Origin: an uncultured bacterium
GTDB lineage: Bacteria; Chlamydiota; Chlamydiia; Chlamydiales; SM23-39
Direction of reading: 5' to 3'
NCBI GenBank assembly: GCA_964618335.1
Contig: CAZTYI010000001.1
Coordinates: 1 to 57,918 of the forward strand
DNA: 57,918 nucleotides
In this document: positions 18,983-28,617 of the stretch, one piece after another
How positions within the stretch are numbered: position 1 is the first letter of the stretch
How the letters are laid out: each line of letters begins with the position of its first letter
The notes under the pieces: generated by a model
The model's database searches: none
What the model was told of the DNA's origin: nothing
The model's input: only the letters and a program-made list of their open reading frames with translations
Program-made: the position numbers and the translations under genes

Positions 18983-19678
18983 ATGGCTCTCCGCCCTATC
19001 TTCTACGACACTGAAACAACTGGGCTCTTTTCTAATAGCGACCGCATTATCGAACTAGCAGCTTTCGATATTAAGAAAAACCGCACTTTTGAAATGCTGA
19101 TCAATCCAGAAATGCCGATCTCTCAAGAATCCATAGATATTTGCCATATTACTAATGAAATGGTAGCTGACGCTCCTACCTTTGAAAAAGCAGGAAAAGA
19201 CTTTTTAGAGTTTTTAGGGCAGGACTTTGTCTTGATCGCCCATAATAATGATGCTTTCGATATGCCCTTTTTAGTAGAAGAGTTCAAACGCAGTAAAATC
19301 ATGCTGCCGGAAATGATCACTATTGACTCTTTAAAATGGGCCAGAAAATATAGACCTGATCTGCCAAGACATGCTTTACAATACTTAAGAGAAATTTATC
19401 ATATCGAAGCTAACCAAGCCCACCGCGCTTTGAATGATGTCATGGTCTTAAAAGAAGTTTTTTTGAAAATGGTAGATGATCTGCCGATAGAAACTATTAT
19501 CTCTCTGTTAAAACAACAAAAAACAGAAAACCGGATGCCTTTCGGTAAATATAAAGGCAAACCTTTGAAAGATGTGCCAAAAAGCTATGTTTCATGGATG
19601 GGAGAAAATGGTGTCTTTGATAAAGCGGAAAATGCAGCTTTAAAAGAAGAGTTAGTTAAATTAGGGCTTTTAACTTAA
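18983..19678 (+). CDS. DnaQ/DEDDh-family 3'-5' exonuclease with C-terminal DUF3820-like module
   Basis: It has Exo I (FYDTETTGL), Exo II (AHNNDAFDMPFL) and Exo III (HRALNDVMV). The C-terminal MPFGKYKGKPLKDVPKSYVSWM matches the DUF3820-type motif. Confidence 0.8.
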   Translation: MALRPIFYDTETTGLFSNSDRIIELAAFDIKKNRTFEMLINPEMPISQESIDICHITNEMVADAPTFEKAGKDFLEFLGQDFVLIAHNNDAFDMPFLVEEFKRSKIMLPEMITIDSLKWARKYRPDLPRHALQYLREIYHIEANQAHRALNDVMVLKEVFLKMVDDLPIETIISLLKQQKTENRMPFGKYKGKPLKDVPKSYVSWMGENGVFDKAENAALKEELVKLGLLT

Positions 19679-19687
19679 GAGGCGTTT

Positions 19688-20515
19688 ATGAAAATCGCAA
19701 TTCTAGGTTGTGGATATATCGGTCGCGCTTTAACCGTCAAATGGAAAAAAAGGCCATACTCTTTAACTGCCACTGTCCAAAACCCGAAAAACCAAGAACC
19801 GCTTTTAAAACTAGTCCAAAAAGTTCATTTAATAAAAAGCTTTGATGAAGAAAGTCTGCAATCGATCGTACAGCAAAATGAAGTTCTGGTTTTAACTCTT
19901 TCAGCAGACTCCCCTAATGAATATGAAGATACTTTTTTAAAAGCTGCTCAGGCTCTTTATAAACTGGCTCAGAAAAACCACACGCCCAAGTTTTTAATCT
20001 ATACCTCCAGAACTTCTATTTATGGAGAACAGAATGGAATGTGGGTCGATGAAGGAGCTGCTTTAAAACCTATCTCGGAAGCTGATCGGATTTTAATTGA
20101 AACAGAAAAGATTCTCTTGTCTTTACAAGAGTTTAACTGGAAAGTCTGTATCTTAAGATTAGCTGAAGTCTACGGACCGGATTGCGAAGTCTCTAAAAAA
20201 ACCCATCGCCTTTCTAAAGAAATCATCGATTGTTACCAAAATGTCTATACTAACATGATCCATCTTGATGATATTGTTGGTATTATAGATTTTGTGCTAA
20301 CTCATCAGATAACCGGTGTTTTTAATCTGTGCGATGACCAGCATCCTACCTTGAAAGAATTTCTAAAAGAGATCTATCACGCTTTAAATATCCCCCCAAA
20401 AACTACCTGGGAAGCCCAAACTACTAAGCCTTATTTAGGAAATTTCCGGGTCTCTAATTATAAAATCAAAAGAATCGGCTATCAGTTATCTCATCCAGAT
20501 CGAGTAATTAATTAA
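19688..20515 (+). CDS. NAD(P)-binding Rossmann-fold protein (SDR/epimerase family)
   Basis: It has the N-terminal motif MKIAILGCGYIGRAL and epimerase-like length and pattern. It starts 9 nt downstream of the exonuclease gene. Confidence 0.6.
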   Translation: MKIAILGCGYIGRALTVKWKKRPYSLTATVQNPKNQEPLLKLVQKVHLIKSFDEESLQSIVQQNEVLVLTLSADSPNEYEDTFLKAAQALYKLAQKNHTPKFLIYTSRTSIYGEQNGMWVDEGAALKPISEADRILIETEKILLSLQEFNWKVCILRLAEVYGPDCEVSKKTHRLSKEIIDCYQNVYTNMIHLDDIVGIIDFVLTHQITGVFNLCDDQHPTLKEFLKEIYHALNIPPKTTWEAQTTKPYLGNFRVSNYKIKRIGYQLSHPDRVIN

Positions 20516-20614
20516 TTTTTTCTAGATTTTACAAAGCAATAAAAAAGAGTCAAAACAGAAAATAGAGAATTTTTTTAAAAAAAAGCCCAAAAAACAAAAC
20601 CTTTAAGAATCTAT

Positions 20615-21151
20615 TCAAAAAGAAAAAAAGCTGCCCATAAATTGTAAAATGCTCGAAGCATCATTTTCTTGCGCTTTCCGACAAAACTCAAAGATATTAA
20701 ATTCTGGACAAACTAAATGCAATTCTTTAAAAATTTTTACAGCATCAGTTTTAATGGCCTCTAAAAACCCTTCCCTGATCGTTTTCGGCATTAAAAAATA
20801 CATCTGTCTACTTTCATTAAAACCATGTAATTTTAAAAGATCATCTTGATAACAAATTGCTAAAAAAAGCTCTCTTCGAGAAGCTGGAGTCAATCTTTCC
20901 ATTAAATCCCAATCCAATTTGAAATCTTCTAAATTCTCAATTCGAATAGTTCCTTCTTCTTCTCCTATTTTTATAGACAGATCAAAAGGAATTGCTACTG
21001 TAGGAGGAGGCGTTATCTGACTGTCAGACCTCTCAAATGCTTCACTTGCCGACATAGTTTCATTTATATATGCTGCTGAAAAATGAACTCCATCCCAATC
21101 AACAGAAGGATATCTATTCCGCCGATGCTCTAAAGATGACGATACGCTCAT
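20615..21151 (-). CDS. hypothetical protein (orphan)
   Basis: A 178-aa ORF with no TM span, signal peptide or motif I recognise. Its codon composition resembles the neighbouring genes. Confidence 0.45.
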   Translation of the reverse strand: MSVSSSLEHRRNRYPSVDWDGVHFSAAYINETMSASEAFERSDSQITPPPTVAIPFDLSIKIGEEEGTIRIENLEDFKLDWDLMERLTPASRRELFLAICYQDDLLKLHGFNESRQMYFLMPKTIREGFLEAIKTDAVKIFKELHLVCPEFNIFEFCRKAQENDASSILQFMGSFFSF

Positions 21152-21273
21152 AAATTTACCTTATTTAATATTTTGGGATTACAAAGTATAAACCTAATGG
21201 TACTTAAAAATAAACAAAAACCAACTTTAAAAATATTTTGATAATTTTGAACAATAAAAGTTTTTTTTTAGAA

Positions 21274-21528
21274 TTAAAGCTCCCAAAACTCATTTCTGAG
21301 CGTTAGGATTCTGGCTTTTAAAGCTGGCAGATGTTTGGAGTCTTTAAGATAGCGTTTAGCTTCTCTTTGGAGCTCTAGAAAGTGCTCAAGAATGGCTCCG
21401 CCTAGCTCATGTGCGATTTTATGCATCTCTTTTAAAAGAAGAGTAATTTGGGAAGTATGATCGTTTTCTACTCGATCTTCCAAAATAGTGAGTAAAAATT
21501 CAATTTTTTGAAAGAACTGGGTCTTCAT
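21274..21528 (-). CDS. small helical hypothetical protein
   Basis: An 84-aa all-helical ORF whose ATG lies 29 nt inside the 3' end of the upstream ABC transporter gene, in a different frame. Confidence 0.35.
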   Translation of the reverse strand: MKTQFFQKIEFLLTILEDRVENDHTSQITLLLKEMHKIAHELGGAILEHFLELQREAKRYLKDSKHLPALKARILTLRNEFWEL

Positions 21529-23434
21529 TTTTAACTTTGGTTTTAGTCTTATGATGGTAACTTTCCCACATCATTTTAAACTCGGGACAGTTTAATAAAA
21601 GCTCTTCTCGACTACCCTCGGCAATTTTAACTCCATTTTCTAAATAGATAATGCGATCGGCATGTTCGATAGTAGAAAACCGGTGGGCAATAACTATCTG
21701 GGTAGATTCTTTCGCTAGGTTTTTTAAAACAGTTTTGATTTTATTTTCTGAAATAGCATCTAAAGAAGAGGTTGCTTCATCCATCACTAAGATCGGCGCT
21801 TTTTTAACTAAAGCGCGGGCAATCGCTAAACGCTGCTGTTGTCCGCCGGAAAGAGTTTTGCCAGTCTCTTCTAAAATAGTGTCATAGCTAAAAGGTAGGT
21901 TTTCGATAAACTCATCAGCATAAGCTTTTTTAGCGGCAGCAATAATTTCTGAGCGTGAAAAATCACGGCCAAAGGCAATGTTCTCAGCAGCAGTATCGTA
22001 AAACAGAAAAGGCTTTTGAGGCACAAAAGAAATCATGTCGCGCAGGGACTTTTGAGAAAAAGTTCGAATGTTTTGGCCGTCAATTAAAATTTCTCCCTTT
22101 TGCACATCAAAAAGACGGGGCAGAAGCTGAACAATCGTAGATTTTCCTGCTCCGGTAGGACCGACAATTGCTACTGTCTCGCCTTTTTTAACTGTAAAAG
22201 ACAAATCTTTCAAGACCCAATCTTTTTTATATTTAAAAGAGACATTGCGAAATTCAATTGAATCATTAAAAGAACTTAGGTGCACAGCATTTACTTGGTC
22301 TGTGATTTGAGGAGCTAAATGTAAAACTTCAAACATACGCTCAGCTGCTACAACTCCTCTTTGGATATTGGCATTTTCTTCAGCGAATTTTTTAACCGGC
22401 TCATAAAAAAGATGCAGAAGACCGCAAAAGATCAACAACTCAGCTAAGGACATTCTTAAAGTATAAAGACCTATGATGATGACAAAAGCCAAACAAAAAG
22501 TGGTGATCAAATGTAAAACCGGACGAGTGAGCAGGCTGTACATGGCGTTCTTACCTTCTAAGTAAGCCATTTTGTCATTTTGCGTCTGGTATTTTTTTAA
22601 AGAGAATTTCTCCATTGCAAAAATCTTAATCGTCTGGATGCCTGAGAGAAAGTCGATCAGAACCGAGGTAAAATGTTCTTGATTTCTTTGCATCTGACGA
22701 GAGACCTGTTTAATTCTGCGAGTTAGAAAAATCACAGGTAAAACAATCAATGGCAAGCCGAAAAAAAGCACTAAAGAAAGTTTCCATGAAAGATAAAAAC
22801 AAGCGAATAAACTAGACATGATCACAAAAGGCGCTTGCATGTAATTGGTCAGGCAAGAGTTTAAAGAAGAAGCAATCTGTCCGGCGTCGCCTACCGCCCT
22901 AGCGCTTAAAGTGCCAATGTTATGCTCTTGATAAAAACTGAGAGGGAGAGATTGGATATGTTCGAAATATTGAAAACGCAAATCTCTAGTGACTTTAATA
23001 GAAAGCAATTGACTGGCATAGCGCGAAGAAAAAAGAAAGACAGCTTTAAAAAGTGCAACTACGACCAAAATCAAGACCATCCTAAGCATATTTTGCTGAA
23101 GGTTTAACTTAGAAACTAGCAAATATAAAAGCTTTTTCAAAAGATTGTGCTTTTGATGTTCCGCCATGTAGGAAGAAGCTTGTCGGCGTGTGATTTTACC
23201 GCGATTTCTTTTATCGATTTTCTGCCAAGTCGTTTCGACTTCTTTTTTAGTTACATAATCACGAGAAGGTTTACCGAACATGGAAAAAAATTCCACCCCG
23301 TTATTCGCCATTACGCCTAGAGCGACCATTTCTGTCTGATTGGCAACCGTTAAAAAAAGCAAAGTGATAAACGTTAATAAAGCAAGTATTTTATGTTTGG
23401 AAGAACGTAAAGCAGCTTGCAAAAGAAGTTTCAT
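21500..23434 (-). CDS. ABC exporter, fused permease/ATPase (MsbA-like)
   Basis: It has 6 TM spans followed by an NBD with Walker A (GPTGAGKST), signature (LSGGQQQRLAIARAL) and Walker B (ILVMDEATS). A ~70-aa basic insert lies between TM1 and TM2. Confidence 0.85.
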   Translation of the reverse strand: MKLLLQAALRSSKHKILALLTFITLLFLTVANQTEMVALGVMANNGVEFFSMFGKPSRDYVTKKEVETTWQKIDKRNRGKITRRQASSYMAEHQKHNLLKKLLYLLVSKLNLQQNMLRMVLILVVVALFKAVFLFSSRYASQLLSIKVTRDLRFQYFEHIQSLPLSFYQEHNIGTLSARAVGDAGQIASSLNSCLTNYMQAPFVIMSSLFACFYLSWKLSLVLFFGLPLIVLPVIFLTRRIKQVSRQMQRNQEHFTSVLIDFLSGIQTIKIFAMEKFSLKKYQTQNDKMAYLEGKNAMYSLLTRPVLHLITTFCLAFVIIIGLYTLRMSLAELLIFCGLLHLFYEPVKKFAEENANIQRGVVAAERMFEVLHLAPQITDQVNAVHLSSFNDSIEFRNVSFKYKKDWVLKDLSFTVKKGETVAIVGPTGAGKSTIVQLLPRLFDVQKGEILIDGQNIRTFSQKSLRDMISFVPQKPFLFYDTAAENIAFGRDFSRSEIIAAAKKAYADEFIENLPFSYDTILEETGKTLSGGQQQRLAIARALVKKAPILVMDEATSSLDAISENKIKTVLKNLAKESTQIVIAHRFSTIEHADRIIYLENGVKIAEGSREELLLNCPEFKMMWESYHHKTKTKVKNEDPVLSKN

Positions 23435-23506
23435 AAAAATCTCCGATTGCTGAAGTATAACAAGCTCTTAAATCTTAAACAAGTTTAAGAAACAAAGAGT
23501 GGCCAG

Positions 23507-24460
23507 TTAAGAACTAACTTGGCCCATTTTACGGAATTTTTGGTAACGTTTTTCAACTAGTTCAGCGATAGGCAAAGCTTGAGTTTCCGCTAAAGCTTCT
23601 AAAATAAAATCACGAACATACTCATAAGCTTTTTCAATATCTAAATGTGCTCCGCCTAAAGGCTCTTTAATAATTGTATCGATGACACCAAACTTTAATA
23701 GATCTTCCGATTGCATTTTTAAAGTAGCTGCAGCTTGAGCATTTTTAGCAGAATCTTTCCAAAGAATAGAAGCGCATCCTTCCGGAGAAATAACCGAATA
23801 ATAAGCATGCTCCAGCATACCGATCTTATCGCCCATACCAAGGCCTAAAGCCCCGCCTGAACAGCCCTCTCCAATCAGCACCACAATCATAGGGGTTTTT
23901 AATTTAGCCATCTCAAAAAGGTTTTTAGCGATCGCCCAGCCCTGTCCTCTTTCTTCTGCGCTTAATCCAGGATAAGCACCAGGAGTATCTAAAAAAGTGA
24001 CTACTGGCAAATTAAATTTTTCAGCCAGCTGCATCAAACGCAATGCTTTGCGATAACCCTCGGGATGTGCCATACCGAAATTACGAAAGATACGGCTCTC
24101 TGTATCAGAACCTTTTTCTAAACCGATTAAAACAAATTTTTTGCCATTAATTTTTCCTAGTCCTCCAATGACAGCGTGGTCATCTGAAAAGACGCGGTCT
24201 CCAGCTAGCTCTTCAAACTCGGAAGTCAGATTTTTAATATAGTCTAAAGAATGGGGTCTTAAAGGATGTCGGCAAATAGAAACGCGGTCCCACGGAGTTA
24301 AATTGGCATAAACCTGCTTCTTTAAACTTTCTAATTTGTTTTCTAAATATTGAATTTCCGTCTTACTCCAAAGACCATTTTTATGGTTTTGGTTTTTAAT
24401 TCTAGAAATAGTCTCTTCGCATTCGTGAATTTCTTTTTCGTGAGTTAAAATATGTGCCAT
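23507..24460 (-). CDS. accA: acetyl-CoA carboxylase carboxyltransferase alpha subunit
   Basis: It is typical of AccA in length and blocks ([44 protein letters not shown]). Confidence 0.9.
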   Translation of the reverse strand: MAHILTHEKEIHECEETISRIKNQNHKNGLWSKTEIQYLENKLESLKKQVYANLTPWDRVSICRHPLRPHSLDYIKNLTSEFEELAGDRVFSDDHAVIGGLGKINGKKFVLIGLEKGSDTESRIFRNFGMAHPEGYRKALRLMQLAEKFNLPVVTFLDTPGAYPGLSAEERGQGWAIAKNLFEMAKLKTPMIVVLIGEGCSGGALGLGMGDKIGMLEHAYYSVISPEGCASILWKDSAKNAQAAATLKMQSEDLLKFGVIDTIIKEPLGGAHLDIEKAYEYVRDFILEALAETQALPIAELVEKRYQKFRKMGQVSS

Positions 24461-24464
24461 AAAA

Positions 24465-25505
24465 CTACCTTTTAATAATCACTTCAGTGCCAGACAACTG
24501 AGCCTGAGAAACATCTTCGACAATCTCAACTATTGTCGGTTTAGAAATAATAATCGCAAACAACTCTTCCATATCTTCGGAATAAAGGCGAATGCAGCCA
24601 TCGCTGTCATAAGCTCCAATATGCTCTCTATTTTCTATCAGCTCTGAAGTTTGAGGATTATTAATCCAGGGTGCACCATGCAAACCAAAGCCTTTAGCAT
24701 TCATGGTAGCTCCTTCCAACTCTTGTTCAAAAGGAATCCAGCGGGTACCAAAAATATGAATCATTTCAATTTGGCGGTCCTGAAAATAGCCCATCATGCC
24801 AGGTTTATAAATAGCTACTTTTTCACCTAAAAGATAACGTCCTTTGGGGGTTAAACAGCCAGATGCTTTGCTGCTGTCTTTTCGGCCCAGGCCAACTTGG
24901 TAGGTCTTAATCAGATAGCGCTCATTCTTAGCTGTATCCAGAGCATAAAACCAAAGCCTAGCAGAAGAAAGATCGACTAAAAGGTGGAAATTCAAATCTT
25001 TTTTTAAAACGTTAAATTTATCGCCATGAGCCACATTTTGAGTAAAATAGTCAACTTTTTTATTTAAACTACGGGCGATAAAATGTCTGGTAGTACCGTA
25101 ATGAGCTGCATAATCAGCGACCCAGGCAGGACGCCCTTTCAGCCAAGGCACTCTAGAAGTATAGGTAATAGTCTCTACAATCGGCAATTTAGTCTCATCG
25201 GTAGTAAAGAAAAGATCGATGAGATCAACGGTTTCGTTAGACTTATTAAGTTGATTAGAGACAGATAAATTCTGAGTATCTACAGCTGCTTTCGGCTGAT
25301 TTAAAACAGTCTTATTAGCAGTGTTATTAGACGGTAAAGAGGCGGCTTCCGTTTTATCTAAGGAACGGCTTTTAATCGTCACTTCCGTCACGGTTTTAGG
25401 AGTAATCAGCGTCTCTTTTTTACCTGTTTTTTTATAAAATCCAATGATGCCAATAATAATAAACAGGCTTAAAGAAATCGTTAAAATGAATTTAGGCACA
25501 GTCAA
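24465..25505 (-). CDS. L,D-transpeptidase (YkuD domain) with N-terminal membrane anchor
   Basis: It has an N-terminal TM span and a C-terminal YkuD signature (FGLHGAPW ... SDGCIRL). Confidence 0.75.
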   Translation of the reverse strand: MTVPKFILTISLSLFIIIGIIGFYKKTGKKETLITPKTVTEVTIKSRSLDKTEAASLPSNNTANKTVLNQPKAAVDTQNLSVSNQLNKSNETVDLIDLFFTTDETKLPIVETITYTSRVPWLKGRPAWVADYAAHYGTTRHFIARSLNKKVDYFTQNVAHGDKFNVLKKDLNFHLLVDLSSARLWFYALDTAKNERYLIKTYQVGLGRKDSSKASGCLTPKGRYLLGEKVAIYKPGMMGYFQDRQIEMIHIFGTRWIPFEQELEGATMNAKGFGLHGAPWINNPQTSELIENREHIGAYDSDGCIRLYSEDMEELFAIIISKPTIVEIVEDVSQAQLSGTEVIIKR

Positions 25506-25676
25506 AATCTACCCCTCATAAATAAAACTTTATAAGAAAAGATTATAATCTAAAATATATAAAAAATCAAGTTTCCCAAGATAAGTTCATACTAAGAACA
25601 AAATGATATTAAAAAATTTAATACCACTATTGAAAACCCTTTCTCTCAGACATCTACCATCAAAAGAACTAAGCTT

Positions 25677-26033
25677 CTACATTTCTACGTTAGGAGTCGG
25701 ATTAAAACTTTGAGAAGGCGGTGTGTTTTGGGTTGCACTAGCATTCTGCTGTTCCACTTCTTTTTTCATGAATTTACCAGCAGTAAATTTCACTGCTTTA
25801 CGGGCTGGAATAGTAATTGGCACAGAAGCATTTTTAGGATTACGGCCGATCTTTTTCTTTCTTTGCACTACTTCAAAAACACCGAAATCCCGGAATTCTA
25901 AACGATCACCTTTAGCAAGAGCTCCGGTGATGTTGTCTAAAAAGTTCTGAATGACTTCACCTACTTCTTTAGGATGAAGATTTAACTTCTGTGAAATCTT
26001 TTGAATTAAATTTTTTTTAGTCACCGTTTCCAT
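25677..26033 (-). CDS. HU/IHF-family DNA-binding protein
   Basis: It has the motifs GDRLEFRDFGVFEV, GRNPKN and IPARKAVKFTAGK, plus a short low-complexity C-terminal tail. Confidence 0.85.
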   Translation of the reverse strand: METVTKKNLIQKISQKLNLHPKEVGEVIQNFLDNITGALAKGDRLEFRDFGVFEVVQRKKKIGRNPKNASVPITIPARKAVKFTAGKFMKKEVEQQNASATQNTPPSQSFNPTPNVEM

Positions 26034-26114
26034 GGTTCTAGCTCCTTGACTGGTTTAACGTCATTGTCTTATCATGTTGATTTTCATACAAGTAAATTTT
26101 TTTAAAAAGAAAAA

Positions 26115-27398
26115 TTAGCTGACAATTTTAATGATAACTTTGTTTTTTTTGCCTTTAGCAAGAACTAAAAAACGCTTTTCGATTAAATCTTTTTCTTCTA
26201 ATAAATAGTTCTCATCGCTGATTTTTTCATTATTCAGATAAGCCCCTCCGTTTTTAACCAAACGCAGAGCTTCTGTTTTACTACTAGCCAATCCTGACAG
26301 ATGAAAGAGCTCAGTAATTTTCCTACCGATGATTTTCTGGCTGGACAATTCCAAATGAGGCATTTGATGAAAGATCTTTTCCAGCTCGGAAGCTTTTAAG
26401 ATCGTCTCTGCTCCAGGCTTAGCTTTAGCTGTGACTTCTAAAGCACTTTTTAGTCCCTCTTCTCCATGAATAAAGCGGGTCACTTCCGCAGCTAACAATT
26501 TTTGAGCTTTATTAGTTGCATATTGAGCAGAACCCATTTCTTTTTGCAGAGCTTCAATTTCTTCTAATGGTAAAAAAGTCAGCATTTTTAAAAGTAAAAT
26601 AACATCGGCATCGGTAACTTTATATAGGTACTGGTAAAACTCATAACTGGACAGTTTTTCTTGAGAAAGCCAAATAGCACCGGATTCTGATTTACCAAAC
26701 TTCTTACCATCGCTGCTAGTTAATAGCGGAAAGGTAAAACCATAAACGTTTTTAGAAGTTTTACGGCGAACTAACTCTACGCCGGCAGTAATATTACCCC
26801 ATTGATCTGAACCACCTGCCTGAACCATAATCTTTTTTTCTGTAAAGAGATGATAAAAATCATAAGCTTGTAAAATCTGATAGCTGAATTCAGTAAAGCT
26901 AATACCCTCTTCTGAATCCATTCTTAGTTTGACACTTTCTTTAGCCAGCATATTGCCAATCCGAAAATGTTTACCGACATCACGTAAAAAATCGATAAAA
27001 TAGATCTCTTTAAACCAATCGTTGTTATTAATAAAAAGCGGCTTAGTCCCCTTTTCCTGAGAGAGATTTTTTTTGAAAAGCTCTTTTAAAAACAGTGTGA
27101 TTTGTTGAGCGTTAGATTCAATTAAATTATCTTGTAAAAAAGGCCTTTCGATGCTTTTTCCAGAAGGATCTCCGATCCGTCCGGTAGCTCCGCCGATCAA
27201 AGCATAAACAGTATGTCCATAACGCTGAAACCAAGCTAAAACCATTACTCCTACTAAATGTCCAAGATGCAAGCTATCGCCGGTTGGATCAAAACCTAAA
27301 TAAATAGAAAGCGGTTTTTCTGCTAATTTAACTAGTTCATCAGAAGTAATATCTTGAATAAATCCGCGTTTTTTAAGCTCTTTGATTACGTTTGCCAT
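26115..27398 (-). CDS. tyrS: tyrosine--tRNA ligase
   Basis: It has the HIGH motif (DSLHLGHL), a KMSKS variant (KFGKS) and a C-terminal S4-like domain (LVKNGGAYLNNEKI). Confidence 0.92.
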   Translation of the reverse strand: MANVIKELKKRGFIQDITSDELVKLAEKPLSIYLGFDPTGDSLHLGHLVGVMVLAWFQRYGHTVYALIGGATGRIGDPSGKSIERPFLQDNLIESNAQQITLFLKELFKKNLSQEKGTKPLFINNNDWFKEIYFIDFLRDVGKHFRIGNMLAKESVKLRMDSEEGISFTEFSYQILQAYDFYHLFTEKKIMVQAGGSDQWGNITAGVELVRRKTSKNVYGFTFPLLTSSDGKKFGKSESGAIWLSQEKLSSYEFYQYLYKVTDADVILLLKMLTFLPLEEIEALQKEMGSAQYATNKAQKLLAAEVTRFIHGEEGLKSALEVTAKAKPGAETILKASELEKIFHQMPHLELSSQKIIGRKITELFHLSGLASSKTEALRLVKNGGAYLNNEKISDENYLLEEKDLIEKRFLVLAKGKKNKVIIKIVS

Positions 27399-27401
27399 AA
27401 A

Positions 27402-27701
27402 TTACTCTTGTAAATCAGCCTGCAGTTCTTTTTGAATTTGTTTAATTACTTTAGAAGGCTCTGCGCTCTCTTCGTTATTTTTAAATAGCCCCATACTTTG
27501 AGAAGTTAGATTTTCTCTTGAATTATGATGCAAAGCAATCCAGTTGCCAATGGTTTTTAAAGCTGTGCTTTTTTCTTTGGGATTAAGACTTTCCAGATTT
27601 AAAAAAAGATCATTTTGCTGGATCAGCTTTTGTTTGGTTTTAGCAATTTTGTCAGAATGTTCGACCAGTTCTTTTTTACCATTTTTATTACCAGCTGACA
27701 T
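27402..27701 (-). CDS. hypothetical protein, co-transcribed with tyrS
   Basis: A 99-aa hydrophilic helical ORF whose stop lies 3 nt before the tyrS start. No motif I recognise. Confidence 0.4.
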   Translation of the reverse strand: MSAGNKNGKKELVEHSDKIAKTKQKLIQQNDLFLNLESLNPKEKSTALKTIGNWIALHHNSRENLTSQSMGLFKNNEESAEPSKVIKQIQKELQADLQE

Positions 27702-27817
27702 CTCTCCTCCCCTGCAGAAACTTTAACCTGCAGAATACAAATTTTTAGCTTTAATTTAAACTGAAAAGAAAAAGTAATTTTTAAATTTTATTTAAAACCT
27801 TAATTCTTTCAACTTTT

Positions 27818-28492
27818 TTAAATAAACTTAACTTTGCCATCAGAATAAGCTACTAATATTTCTGGTTGAAAATCTAAAAAAAGACCAGTTTCCACTACTC
27901 CAGGAATCAATTTTAGTTTTTTTTCTAGTGCAGATAAATCCATGGCTTGATCGATTTCTAAATCACAAAGCAAATTATGGTTGTCAGTTAAATAGTAATC
28001 TTTTCCTTTGCGACGAAAACTGCCGGAAAAACCTAAGAGCTTTTTAGTTTTTTCTGCACCAAAAGGAACAATCTCTACTGGCAGCGTAAAGGGTATCAAT
28101 GTTTTTCTAATTTTGCTTTCGTCAGCTATAATCACAATGCGCTTGGCTTCTTTCATAATCATTTTTTCTCGAAAAAGAGCGCCTCCCATTCCTTTGATCA
28201 AGTTTTTATCCTGATCTATCAAATCCGCTCCATCAATAACTAAATCAAAATAGGGCACCTGATTTAAATCTTTTAACTGAAAGCCGCCTTTTTTGAGAGC
28301 TTCTTCACTGGCTTTCGAAGCTGCTACGAGATCTATCTTAAAACTGTCTTTGCCACCGATAGCGAGTTTCTTTTTCTCGACTAAAAAGGCAATCAAATAG
28401 TCTACTGTCGTACCGCTGCCAATCCCGATGATCTGCCCATCTTGAATTTCTTTAGCAGCTCTTTTTGCGACCTTTTTTTTCAGTTCTTCCAT
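27818..28492 (-). CDS. rpiA: ribose-5-phosphate isomerase A
   Basis: It has the motifs IGIGSGTTV, DGADLID and KGMGGALFREK. Confidence 0.85.
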   Translation of the reverse strand: MEELKKKVAKRAAKEIQDGQIIGIGSGTTVDYLIAFLVEKKKLAIGGKDSFKIDLVAASKASEEALKKGGFQLKDLNQVPYFDLVIDGADLIDQDKNLIKGMGGALFREKMIMKEAKRIVIIADESKIRKTLIPFTLPVEIVPFGAEKTKKLLGFSGSFRRKGKDYYLTDNHNLLCDLEIDQAMDLSALEKKLKLIPGVVETGLFLDFQPEILVAYSDGKVKFI

Positions 28493-28617
28493 AATTTCCC
28501 TCTATTCTCTCTGCTTTCTTCTATTTTTATCTAATCTATTTAAAAAAAAAGATTTTCCTAAAAAGTGGCTCCGCTTAATAATAATAAGCATTTTTTTAAA
28601 ACAGCGCCATAACTTAT

